NCBI GenBank assembly: GCA_963832165.1
Contig: CAWHTE010000001.1
Span: forward strand, 736,001 to 800,000
Direction: 5' to 3'
Source: an uncultured delta proteobacterium
GTDB lineage: Bacteria > Myxococcota_A > UBA9160 > SMWR01
Length of the DNA stretch: 64,000 nt
The notes beneath the pieces are model-generated. The model was not told the DNA's origin. It did no database searches and was given only the letters and a program-made list of their open reading frames with translations. Each line of letters starts with the position of its first letter. Position 1 is the first letter of the stretch. A program made the position numbers and the translations under genes. Positions 49,696-59,455 of the stretch are shown in pieces.

Positions 49696-50745
49696 CTAAC
49701 CTCCGGGCCTCATGGTCTTCGCTCGCTGCGCGAAACTTGCGGCGCTGGATTGGGACGAGCTCGGATCTTCCGAGGGGCGGAGCAGGGTGAAGCTCGCGAT
49801 CATCGCGCCGCGCGGCAGGGATTTCCCGGCATTCGACGCGAGCTCCGACGTCGCGTCGGCCCAGATCCGCCTCGGGCGCGCACCGAACCAGTACAGCATC
49901 CGCACGAGGCGCGGTAGAGCGTCGAGCGGGTCGACCGAGAGGTGAGGGGCGCGGATCGCGATAGACCCGCTCAGTGCCCTGCCGGTCGGCCGGATCTGGT
50001 GCGGTAGCGGCGGTCCATCGCCCTCGGCTCGCCAGTCCTCGAGCGCGACGGTCTCCGGGCGCAGCGTCCGCACCCCGCGCGCGCCGCGCCAGCCGAGCCA
50101 GCTCCGCTGCGCGCCGCCCACGAGTCGCTCGTGGACGAACAGCGATGCGTCGTTCGCCGTGAGCCGATGCACGTCGACGCGCAGCGCCGAGACCTCGGGC
50201 TCGCACACGCGGTGGCGCGTGCGCACGACCGTCGCTGCACCGCGCAGCTCGCGCGGCGCGGCCATCCCCGTGCGCCAGACGCGCGCGGTGGCGGGGCGGC
50301 CGAGCACGAGCAGGTCGACTTCGGGGTCGCCCGGAAAGATCCCAACCGACTTCGACCGCGGCGCCTCGATCGCGAGCCGCACCTTCACTCCGCGCCGGTC
50401 GTTGTCCACCTCGAACACCTGCGCGGCCTCGCCGAGCTCGAGCCGGGTCGAGCCGATCCGGACGCGGTCGCCCGAATCGCTCACCTCGAACTCGCCCTCG
50501 CTGCGCCCGTTCTGGAACCGCGTCTGCGTGCCATCCGGCGCGATCCAGAAGCCGACTCCCGCTGCGTTGCGCTCGCCGGGCCCCACGCGCGTCACGATCA
50601 CGCGCGCATACACGCGGTCTCCGCTCGCGAACGCCGCGGTGACGTCCCAGTACACGCCCGCGCAATCGCCCTCGGGCAGGATCTCGGCGCGCGCTCCGAT
50701 CGCTGCGAATGCAAGCGCGAGAAGCGCGGCGATTGCGGCTCTCAT
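49696..50745 (-). CDS. Hypothetical secreted protein
   Basis: Signal peptide MRAAIAALLALAFAAIGARA; ATGA overlap with the upstream gene. Confidence 0.6.
   Translation of the reverse strand: MRAAIAALLALAFAAIGARAEILPEGDCAGVYWDVTAAFASGDRVYARVIVTRVGPGERNAAGVGFWIAPDGTQTRFQNGRSEGEFEVSDSGDRVRIGSTRLELGEAAQVFEVDNDRRGVKVRLAIEAPRSKSVGIFPGDPEVDLLVLGRPATARVWRTGMAAPRELRGAATVVRTRHRVCEPEVSALRVDVHRLTANDASLFVHERLVGGAQRSWLGWRGARGVRTLRPETVALEDWRAEGDGPPLPHQIRPTGRALSGSIAIRAPHLSVDPLDALPRLVRMLYWFGARPRRIWADATSELASNAGKSLPRGAMIASFTLLRPSEDPSSSQSSAASFAQRAKTMRPGG
49708..49740 (-). repeat. Family B repeat, copy 4 (11-nt internal deletion), inside a CDS 3' end
   Basis: The reverse complement GCAAGTTTCGCGCAGCGAGCGAAGACCATGAGG encodes ASFAQRAKTMR. 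Confidence 0.8.
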
Positions 50746-51911
50746 TCCTCCCAGGGTACCGGGGCCTCCCCGCGCGCGCGCTGGGTCTCCGCCCGGACGA
50801 GGCGCAGCGCGTGAAAGCCGAGCGAGGCGATCGTCCACAGCGCGACCATCACGAGCCCGAGGTCGGGTCGGCCTGCGATCGCGCCGACACTGAGCAGGAT
50901 CAGGTTCGGGTTGCGCCGCGCGGTGATCGTGCGGAACAGCCCGTCGATCGGGCGCCAGGAATGCGTCTCGAAGCCGAAGCGCGCCAGGAACGCGCCTTCG
51001 AGCGCGCGCCCGATCACGTATCCAGCCACCACCACGACGGTTGCGAACTCATGGCCCGGTCCCAGCCCCACTCCCCACGCCCACCACCAGAAAGGGGGGT
51101 GGATCAGATCGAGACCGTGGTCCATCACGTCGCCGATCCGGCTCGAGGTGAGCGTGACGCGCGCGAGCTTTCCGTCGACGGTGTCGAGGAACGTCATCGC
51201 CCACGCGCACACGAGGCCCGTGCCGAACGCGCCGCGCGCGAACAGGAGCACGGCCGCGACGGCGAGCACGCCGCTCAGGACCGTCACCGTGTTCGGGTGC
51301 ACGCCGCGCCGCGCGCACCAGTGCGTGACGGCCTGCGCGGGTCGCGGCCATACCCACTTCGTGACGAGGTCGGTCAGTCCCTTGTACGACGCGTCGAACG
51401 TGCGCCGCTCCACCTCGGCGGCCGTGTCGGAGCGGGCCGGAAACACATACGGAGGTTCGCGCTTGCGCAGCTTCGCGACGTAGGCGGCCACGAGCTCGGA
51501 CGGTGCGACGCGGCGCGCGCCCGGCAGCGCATCGGCGTCCGCGCGCGCGAGCGCGGCGCACGCGGCGTGCGCGCGCTCGGACGGGACGTGGGCGCCGACG
51601 GGCCCGAGCTCGGGTGTCACGAGCAGGGTGTCGCGCGCGCCGCGCAGGCCTTCGACGAGGCGCTCGTCGAGCACGACGTCGGCGCGCAACGCGAGCACCG
51701 CCCCGTGCTCGCTTGGCGGAGCCTGCGCGTCGACCACGCGCGGATCGAGGCAGCCGGCGCGCCGCAGCGAGCGCAGCAAGCGCTCCTCGGGGGCGAGCCC
51801 CCAGATCCGCACCTCGCGCGGATCGGCCGCGGGGCCGGAATCGCAGCGCAGATCTCGGCGGACCACCCAGCCCGCCGGTGCCGGCGCAGATTCAGAAGGC
51901 GCGGCGGTCAT
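50742..51911 (-). CDS. CDP-alcohol phosphatidyltransferase with an N-terminal extension (CpgC-like)
   Basis: YKGLTDLVTKWVWP, PNTVT, LDTVDGKLAR...GDVMDHGLD, TARRNPN. Confidence 0.85.
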   Translation of the reverse strand: MTAAPSESAPAPAGWVVRRDLRCDSGPAADPREVRIWGLAPEERLLRSLRRAGCLDPRVVDAQAPPSEHGAVLALRADVVLDERLVEGLRGARDTLLVTPELGPVGAHVPSERAHAACAALARADADALPGARRVAPSELVAAYVAKLRKREPPYVFPARSDTAAEVERRTFDASYKGLTDLVTKWVWPRPAQAVTHWCARRGVHPNTVTVLSGVLAVAAVLLFARGAFGTGLVCAWAMTFLDTVDGKLARVTLTSSRIGDVMDHGLDLIHPPFWWWAWGVGLGPGHEFATVVVVAGYVIGRALEGAFLARFGFETHSWRPIDGLFRTITARRNPNLILLSVGAIAGRPDLGLVMVALWTIASLGFHALRLVRAETQRARGEAPVPWEE

Positions 51912-51961
51912 CGGGCAGCGCGGATCCTATCACACGCTGCCGCGCCGAGTTAGGCTGGTGA

Positions 51962-52894
51962 ATCCCAGCGGAGCCGCCCATCGTCACGCTCGTACACATC
52001 TCGGACCTGCACGCGACGAGCGTGCCGACCTTCGCGCTCGAGCCGCTGCGCTCGAAGCGGTTCCTGGGCTGGCTCTCGTGGCACGTGCGCCGGCGGCGCC
52101 GCTATCTCCCCGCAGTGCTCGAAGCGATGCTGGCCGATCTCGCGGAGACCGCGCCGGACCAGATCGCGATCACGGGTGATCTCACGCAGATCGCGCTCGA
52201 GGAGGAGTTCCGCGAAGCGGCCAAGTGGCTCGAGCGCTTCGGCCCGCCCGGGCGCGTGAGCGCGATCCCGGGCAATCACGACGCGTACGTGGCGGTGCCG
52301 GGCGAACGCGGGTGGCGGCTGTGGTCCGACTATCTCGCGAGTGACGGCGCCGCGTCCGCGTTCCGCGGAGATCCCGCCGAGTTTCCGAGTGTTCGCGTGC
52401 GCGGCGCGCTCGCGCTCGTGGGGGTCTGCACGGCACAGCCGACTCCGCCGTTCGCCGCGACGGGCCGCGTCGGAGCCGATCAGCTCGCGCGGCTCGACGG
52501 CGTGCTCGAGCGGCTCGGCGCGGCGGGCCTGTGCCGCGTGGTCATGATCCATCATGCGCCGGTGGTGGGCCTCACGATCCGGCGGCGTTCGCTGCTCGAC
52601 GCCGCTGCGTTCGGCGAAGTGCTGCGCCGGCGCGGCGCCGAGCTGGTGCTGCACGGCCATCTGCACCGCACCACGCTCGAGGCACTGCCGGGGCCCGAGC
52701 GGCCGATCCCCGTGGCCGGCGTGCCGTCGGGCTCGCACGCGGGTCCCGAGCCCGCGCGCTGTGCTGCCTATCATCTCTACGAGATCGACGGAGCGCGCGA
52801 CGGGTTCACGATCCGCCGCCGTGTGCGCGCGTGGGATCCCGCCCTCGACCGTTTCACCGCGCGCGGGCCCGAGGCGGGCGAGCCGATCGCCTAG
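51962..52894 (+). CDS. Calcineurin-like metallophosphoesterase; start unresolved
   Basis: HISDLH (51995-52012, upstream of the ORF-track start), ITGDLT, PGNHD, IHH, LHGHLH. Confidence 0.85.
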   Translation: MPAEPPIVTLVHISDLHATSVPTFALEPLRSKRFLGWLSWHVRRRRRYLPAVLEAMLADLAETAPDQIAITGDLTQIALEEEFREAAKWLERFGPPGRVSAIPGNHDAYVAVPGERGWRLWSDYLASDGAASAFRGDPAEFPSVRVRGALALVGVCTAQPTPPFAATGRVGADQLARLDGVLERLGAAGLCRVVMIHHAPVVGLTIRRRSLLDAAAFGEVLRRRGAELVLHGHLHRTTLEALPGPERPIPVAGVPSGSHAGPEPARCAAYHLYEIDGARDGFTIRRRVRAWDPALDRFTARGPEAGEPIA

Positions 52895-53682
52895 ATCCCG
52901 CCGTCGCCGGCCGCGAGGATCTTCTCGGCGAGCGCGAGGTCGGCGGCCTTGTCGACGTCGATCGCGGCCACTGCATCGAGCAGCACGGGGAGGATCTTCG
53001 CTCCGGCGCTGCGCGACACCTGGCGCAACCCGCCGTGGAGGTCGAGCGTGCCCGCGAGGTACTCGAGCGCGAGGGTCGGACCGATCGCCGCGACCATGCG
53101 CCACGGCTTCTTGCGGTGGCGCTCTGCGCGCGCGAAGAACTCGGCGGCACGGCGTGCGCGCGCGTGCTGGAACGCGAACAGGTTCGCGCCCGTGTACGAG
53201 CCGCAGCGCAGCCGGATCCAGGTCCGAGCGGCGCTCGCGTCGGCGTCGGCGAACGCGGATCGCTCGACCACACCCACCGCGACGTCGGCCTGGGTCGCCG
53301 CAGCGCCCTCGAGGAAGCGGTCCACGCGCGCGCCCGAGAGCAGCGCGTGATCGGCGGTGGTCACGAGCACGCGCTCGTCACCGATCGAGTCGAGCGCGTC
53401 GGCCACGCTGCGCGCCGGGGACTCCTTGCTGCGGTGCACCGGGATGTCGCGAAACGCCGCGAGCTCGGGCACCGACTCGAGCACCTCGGGCGTGTCGATG
53501 CTGACCCAGATCCGCCCGACGTGGCGCGCGCCGCGCAGCGCGGTGAGCACGCGCGCGAGCATCGGTACGCCTGCCACGGGCAGTAGTGCGCGGTGCGAGG
53601 CGCCGCGCGAGCGCGCGAGCGGATCATCGGGACCGCGGCGCCCCGCAAGCACGAGCGCTGTGTAGGGCTGGATGTCGATCAA
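52891..53682 (-). CDS. MobA-like nucleotidyltransferase
   Basis: ALVLAGRRGPDDPL, LLPVAGVPML, VTTADHALL, GANLF, IDVDK. Confidence 0.82.
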   Translation of the reverse strand: MIDIQPYTALVLAGRRGPDDPLARSRGASHRALLPVAGVPMLARVLTALRGARHVGRIWVSIDTPEVLESVPELAAFRDIPVHRSKESPARSVADALDSIGDERVLVTTADHALLSGARVDRFLEGAAATQADVAVGVVERSAFADADASAARTWIRLRCGSYTGANLFAFQHARARRAAEFFARAERHRKKPWRMVAAIGPTLALEYLAGTLDLHGGLRQVSRSAGAKILPVLLDAVAAIDVDKAADLALAEKILAAGDGGI

Positions 53683-55394
53683 GCAACCGCCTCGCGTGCG
53701 ACGGCCGGCAGTGCGACGCGCTCTGCGCGACCGTCGGCGATTCGGTACACCAGATCGGCGACGCTCGCGAGCGCGGGGTGATGCGAGATCGCCACCACCG
53801 TGGTGCGGCCGCGCAGCGACGCCACCGTCTGCCACACCGCGGCTTCGCTCTCGGCATCGAGCGCGGCCGTCGCCTCGTCGAAGATCAGCAGGCGCGGCTC
53901 GTGCACGAGTGCACGCGCGATCGAGATCCGTTGGCGCTGCCCGCCCGAGAGCAGTGCGCCGCGCTCGCCGACGCTCGCGTCGAGCCCCGACGGCAGTGCG
54001 CGCACGAATTCCCACGCGCCCGCGAGCCGCAGCGCGGCCTCGACCGCCGCGTCGTCGAGCGACGGGTCGCCCAGAGTCACGTTGCGGCGCACGGTGTCGT
54101 GGAGCATCGGGAGATCCTGGGGCACGTAGCCCACCTGACGGCGCCATGCGCCGAGGTCGAGCTCGCCGATCGGCACGCCGTCGATTCGCACGTGCCCCGC
54201 GGTGGGCGACACGAGCCCCGTGATCAGATCGGTGAGCGTGGTCTTCCCGATTCCGGACGCGCCCACCACCGCCGTGATGCATCCCGACGGAATCTCGAGC
54301 GACAGCCCGTCGAACAGCGTGCGGCCGTCGCGCTCGAGGCCGACGCTCTCGATCGAGATCCCACGCGCTAGCTCGACGCGGCGTGCGCCGCCCGACGGCT
54401 CGCACGCCGCTTCGGCCTCGCGGATCCGGCCGTCGATCGCCCAGAGCGCGCTCGTCTCGCTGATCATCGCCTGGTACTTGCCCTGGATCGAGGCGACGCG
54501 CGTGAGCGCGCGCGTGAACACGAGACCGAGCACGAGCGTGCTCGAGAGCGGAATCGAGAAGAGGCGCAGCGCGCCGAACAGGCCCAGCGCGAGCAGCGTG
54601 CCGACCACGGGCTCCTGCAGCGCGCGCAGGGATTCGCGCGCGAGCACGCGGCGCTGGAGCTGGCGGTTCAGGCGCTCGGTGTCGCTGGCCAGGAGCGGCC
54701 CGACCGCCGCCTCGCGCCCAGTCGACTTGAGCAGCTTCACAGCGCCCAGCGTGTCGGTGGTGCGCGTGAGCAGCGAGTCGAGCAGGGCGGTCTGCTTGCG
54801 GCCCGCGCGATGCGCCATGCGCACGAGCGCGGAGAGCAGCAGGAGCATCAGCCCGGCTGCCGCCGCCGCGACCAGAGTGCCGCGCCACGACACCGCGCAC
54901 GCGATCGCCACGTACACGACCGTCTCGACGCTGTAGCTCGCGATCAGCGCGAGGTACTCGAACGCGTACGAAGCGCGGTCGGCCTCGGTCGCCATCGCAT
55001 TGGCAGCGCGGCCGGCCGGCTGACGCGATGAGTAGCTCCAGCGCGCTGCGAGCAGCGCGCGCATCAGGCGCAGCCGGAGATCGGTGGCGATCCGCGCCAC
55101 CGCGTAGCCGACCTGGCGTTTCGAGAGCAGCACCAGGAGGGCCTTGATCCAGAGCGCGCCGACCACGATCGCGAACAGCGGCGCCGGATCGGGCGGAATT
55201 CCGAGCGCGGCGAGCACCTGCCCCACGCGCGCCTCGTAGCCGGTCGATGCGATGTGAGATCCCGTCGCGACGGAGAGCAGCGGGAGCAGGGTGGAGAGGC
55301 CGAGCCCCTCGGTGGCGCCCGCGACGAGCAGCCACACGAGCACGGCGGTGCAGCGCGCCGGATACGCCGTGAGGAAGTAGCGCAGCGTATTCAC
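53679..55394 (-). CDS. ABC exporter, fused TMD-NBD (MsbA-like)
   Basis: N-terminal TM helices; GASGIGKT, LSGGQRQR, IFDEATAALD. Confidence 0.9.
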   Translation of the reverse strand: MNTLRYFLTAYPARCTAVLVWLLVAGATEGLGLSTLLPLLSVATGSHIASTGYEARVGQVLAALGIPPDPAPLFAIVVGALWIKALLVLLSKRQVGYAVARIATDLRLRLMRALLAARWSYSSRQPAGRAANAMATEADRASYAFEYLALIASYSVETVVYVAIACAVSWRGTLVAAAAAGLMLLLLSALVRMAHRAGRKQTALLDSLLTRTTDTLGAVKLLKSTGREAAVGPLLASDTERLNRQLQRRVLARESLRALQEPVVGTLLALGLFGALRLFSIPLSSTLVLGLVFTRALTRVASIQGKYQAMISETSALWAIDGRIREAEAACEPSGGARRVELARGISIESVGLERDGRTLFDGLSLEIPSGCITAVVGASGIGKTTLTDLITGLVSPTAGHVRIDGVPIGELDLGAWRRQVGYVPQDLPMLHDTVRRNVTLGDPSLDDAAVEAALRLAGAWEFVRALPSGLDASVGERGALLSGGQRQRISIARALVHEPRLLIFDEATAALDAESEAAVWQTVASLRGRTTVVAISHHPALASVADLVYRIADGRAERVALPAVAREAVA

Positions 55395-57594
55395 GCGACT
55401 CCCATCATCGCGCGCACGGCGTCCGCGACGGTTGCGCGGTCGTCGCATGCCGCGCCGCGCACGAGCGGGAGTGATCCCGAGAACGGCTGCGCCGCGCCCC
55501 GTTCGATCAGCGCGGCGTGCAGCCGATCGAGGTCGCGCGGCGGCCGCACGTAGCCGCGCTCGATCGCCTTGCCGCACCAGCGCTCGAGTCCGCGCTGCGG
55601 GCGCGGCGTGCCGCGCGGCCCGAGCGGCTTCGCAGTCGCGCGCCGCCACGCCCACTCGCGGAACGCCGACAGTGTGCGGAACGAGGCGCGCACGGGCAAC
55701 GGATAGATCGCCACGGGCCGACCCAGCGATGTCGCCTCGGCGAGCATCGACTCGCTGTCGCCCGTGATCACGAACGCGTCCGCGTGCGCGAGCAGACCCA
55801 GGTAGGGATTGCTCGGATCGTCGGGCGTATAGCGGTGGAGGAAGTGGATCTCGCCGATCGCGGCGCAGAACGCGTCGGTGGCCGCAGATCCGAGCCGGCG
55901 GCTCGTGGTGGCGAACAGCGAGCCGCCGCACGTGCGCGCGAGATCCGCGCACGCGGCGCCGAGCCGCGCGGCTTCGGCCGGGCCGAGCCGGTACTGGCCC
56001 GAGGTGCCTCCGACGAGCACGGCGATCCGCGGCGTGGGCGCATCGGCGAGCCGATCAGCCCACTCTTCGGCCGCTTTCGCGAGCGCATCGCGCGTGACGC
56101 GGTGCAGCGGCCCGGCCGTCTCGATCCGATGCGGGTGGGGAAACAGGCGCGCGTAGTCGGGCGTCACCACGCGATCGAAGAGGTCGGCGTCGTCGCCGGC
56201 CTTGCGCCCGAGCGCGACGATCCGCGCGCGACCCTGCGACTGCGCGCGGATCCACTGCGCGACCGGCGCCGTGCGCCGGCCCGCCGCGATCACGAGGTCG
56301 GGCCACGGCGGCTCGAGCGGCGACGACGCATCGCGATCGATCCCGAGCACAGACGCGCCGAGCCAGCGATTGTGGAGCCCCGACGCGATGCGGCAGCGCA
56401 GGTGCTTCACCTCGTACGGCCACGCGAGCGCCTCGGCGAGCCCGAGCGCCTGCGTAGCGTTGCCGGGGCGATCGTCGCGCAGCACCCAGACACGCGGGGG
56501 TGTCGGTCGCACCCACTGGCCGCCCGTTCGCTGCGCGCTGCCGAACGCGAGCTCGGTCGTGAGCTGCGGATGGGCGCGCGCGGCTCGCGCGAGGAGGACT
56601 TCCCAGCGCTCGCGCTCGCGGCGCGGGCGATCGGGCAGCGCGAGCACGACGCGCTCGCGCGCTCCCGCGCAGAGCTCGGCGAGCAGCCACGGGACGTCGT
56701 CCTCGGGTGCCTCGGCGAGCCACGCCCCTGCGCGCAGCTCGCGCACGGGTCCCGCCGGCGCTGCGCCGGGCGAGGGCGGCACGAACTCGCCCGAGCTCGC
56801 GCCGTGCTCGCTGTCGCTTTCCGCCCACGTGCTGCGCCATTCGGCGTAGCGATCGCTCGGATGCTCGCGCGTGCGCACCTGGAAGCCCTGGGCGTCGGCG
56901 TCGTCCTCGAGTGCATGCCAGATTCCGCCGCTGGCGTTCGGCTGATAGACGTAGCGCTCGGGGAACGGGCGCCACGGCTGCGTGTGCAGTGTCGTGAAGT
57001 GGATCAGCCGAGCGTCGGCGATCACCGCTTCGTCGTCGCGCGCGTTCCACGCCGCATCGAGCGGACCCCACAGGCCCGGCACGGTGTGCGCGCGCGCGTG
57101 CAGCTGATCTTTGGTCTCGCGCTGCGCCGACTCGAGCGTCCAGTGCTCGCGCATCCGGTCGCAGTCGAGCAGCATCACCGACGTATCGCCGGGGCTCACG
57201 CTGCGGTAGCCGCACGCGCCGAGCTCGGTGTCGAAGAGCAGACCCGGATCGCAGCGGTAGATCTGGTCCGTGTCGTTGTAGATCGCCCGGCCGGACCCCC
57301 CGCGAAGTGCGGGATCGCAAAGCGGTACTGCGTGAAGCCGGTGGTCCAGCCCCGCGCGCGGAAGCCCACGAGATCCTTCATCACGTAGATCTCGTAGCGG
57401 CGCCCCGGATCGCGGACCCGCTCGATCGACCACACGAACACGCGCTCGGCGCGCACCTGCGCGGGCTCGCTGCCGAGGAAGATGCGCACGGGGGGCCGAT
57501 TGTTGGCGGGCGCGTCGCGGCGCGCTTCGAGCACCAGACACTCCGGGGCAGCGCGCAGGGCGCTCGCGGCTCGCGATCGGCGGAGCGCGCTCAC
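55391..57594 (-). CDS. Fusion of a GT-A-like glycosyltransferase domain and an ELM1/GtrOC1 domain; one-base frameshift in the C6 run at 57296-57301
   Basis: VRIFLGSE...WTTGFTQYRFAIP | GRAIYNDTDQIY...SVMLLDC...HFTTLHTQPW; the C-terminal part has DLVIAAGRR, VLVGG, TTSRR, NPYLGLL, ITGDSESMLAEA. Confidence 0.75.
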
Positions 57595-58406
57595 GCGCGG
57601 GTGCGGTCGAGCGCCTCGCGAATCGCGACCACGTCGTCGAGCAGGGCATCGAGGTCCGCGAGGCGGATCTGGCACGCGGAATCGCAGGGCGCGTGGTCGG
57701 GATCGGGGTGCGTCTCCACGAACAGCGCATCGATGCCGAGCGCCGCCGCTGCGCGCGCGAGCGGCGCCACGTAGCTGCGGTCTCCGCTGCTCGCTCCCTC
57801 GCCGGCGCCCGGATGCTGCACCGCGTGCGTGGCGTCGAGGCACACCGGCGCCACGCTGCGCATGGCGTACAGGCCGCGCATGTCCACGATCAGATCGTGG
57901 TAGCCGAAGCTCGTGCCGCGCTCGGTGATCATCACGCCGCCGGCGCCGAATCCCTTCGCCTTGTCGACGGCGTGCACGACGTCGTCGGGCGCCATGAACT
58001 GGCCCTTCTTGATGTTGATCGGGAGGCCGGTTTCGGCGCAGGCCTTCACGAGATCGGTCTGGCGCGAGAGGAACGCGGGGATCTGCAAGAGCTCTGCGAC
58101 CTCGGCGATCAGCTTCGCCTGGCCGGGCTCGTGCACGTCGGTGCAAACGGGCAGCCCCGAGGCCGCCTTCACCTGCTCGAGGATGCGCAGACCCGTGTCG
58201 AGCCCGACGCCGCGGTACGAGTCGCGGCTCGAACGGTTCGCCTTGTCGAACGAGGCCTTGAACACGGCCGGCAGCCCGTGGCGTTCCGCGATCGCCGCGA
58301 CGCCGTCGGCGCACGCGAGCGCAATGTCGAGGCTCTCGATCACGTTGAGGCCCGAGATCAGCAGGAGGGGCGAGCCGCCACCGACGGAAATGTCGCGGAT
58401 TCGCAT
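57591..58406 (-). CDS. kdsA: KDO8P synthase
   Basis: FKASFDKANRSS, QIPAFLSRQTDL, KKGQFMAP, ERGTSFGY, DATHAVQ, ETHPDP. Confidence 0.95.
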   Translation of the reverse strand: MRIRDISVGGGSPLLLISGLNVIESLDIALACADGVAAIAERHGLPAVFKASFDKANRSSRDSYRGVGLDTGLRILEQVKAASGLPVCTDVHEPGQAKLIAEVAELLQIPAFLSRQTDLVKACAETGLPINIKKGQFMAPDDVVHAVDKAKGFGAGGVMITERGTSFGYHDLIVDMRGLYAMRSVAPVCLDATHAVQHPGAGEGASSGDRSYVAPLARAAAALGIDALFVETHPDPDHAPCDSACQIRLADLDALLDDVVAIREALDRTRA

Positions 58407-58479
58407 GGGGTTGCCCTCCGGGGCGTCCTGGTTCTCGAGGCGGGCCGGCATTCTGGATAGCGAGACTGGCCCGCGATGG

Positions 58480-59229
58480 CTAACGCGGGGCAAGGGCGGG
58501 TCGAGTCGCGATCTCGCGGCGTGCGCCGTCGAGATCGGAGGAGGAGTCGATCTCCCGCCACCACAGACCGCGCACGCTCGCGGTCTCGACCGCAGAGGCC
58601 TGTGCGATCTGGTGAATCACCGAGAGGTACCACTGGCGCATGGCCTCGGGGCGGCGCACCGCCTCCTCGAGCGCGGTCGCGAACAGCTTCGGTCCGGAGC
58701 CGCGAAACGCGAGCAGACCGATCGATTCACCGCCGACCATCGCGCGCGGCAGGCATTTGTCGACGGCCAGCAGGCGCCCGCGCGCATCGACCGACACCTT
58801 CATGTCGTCGTCGTCGTAGGCCGGCTTGCGATCGATCGCGAGTGCGACCGGCGCAGAGGACAAATCGAGCACGCGCTCGATGACGCCGTCCTCGAAGATC
58901 GTGTCGCCGTTCAGCAGCAGGAAATCCTCGGTCATGGCCCCGCGGGCGAGCCAGCAGCTGATCAGATTGTCGGAGCTGCCGTAGAAGGGGTTGAACAGCG
59001 TTTCACACGCGATGCCGGGTACCGGGTTGGCGGCCAGCCACGCCTCCACGCGTTCGGAGCCGAAGCCGATCACCACCACGGCGCGCTCGACGCCAGCGCG
59101 CGCGAGTGCGCTGAGCTGCCAGCCCAGGATCGGCTCGTCGCCGCGGACCGGCAGCAGGCATTTCGGATTCTCTTCGGTCAGAGGCAGCAGACGCTTGCCC
59201 TGACCGGCGCTCAACACGACCGCCTTCAT
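58480..59229 (-). CDS. Phosphocholine cytidylyltransferase-like NTP transferase
   Basis: LSAGQGKRLLPLT..PKCLL, NPFY...NLIS, LNGDT, DDDDMKV, ESIG, EID. Confidence 0.85.
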   Translation of the reverse strand: MKAVVLSAGQGKRLLPLTEENPKCLLPVRGDEPILGWQLSALARAGVERAVVVIGFGSERVEAWLAANPVPGIACETLFNPFYGSSDNLISCWLARGAMTEDFLLLNGDTIFEDGVIERVLDLSSAPVALAIDRKPAYDDDDMKVSVDARGRLLAVDKCLPRAMVGGESIGLLAFRGSGPKLFATALEEAVRRPEAMRQWYLSVIHQIAQASAVETASVRGLWWREIDSSSDLDGARREIATRPALAPR

Positions 59230-59455
59230 GGCTCCCTTCGACTGGGCCTCATGTGCGGGTGATCTGTGCCGCGGCCGTTGCTCCGAGACGCTCTAGCGCC
59301 CTAGGATTGGCCTCTGAGGGGGCGTCGGAAAGCTGCGTTGATCCCATCGCATTGTCAATGGGACGGGCGGTCGGCCCCACGGGGTTTTCCGGGTAGCTCC
59401 CTCGCGCTCGGATCAGCATCGCGCCCGCCTCCCGCTGAGAGGGTCCCGCGTCGTA

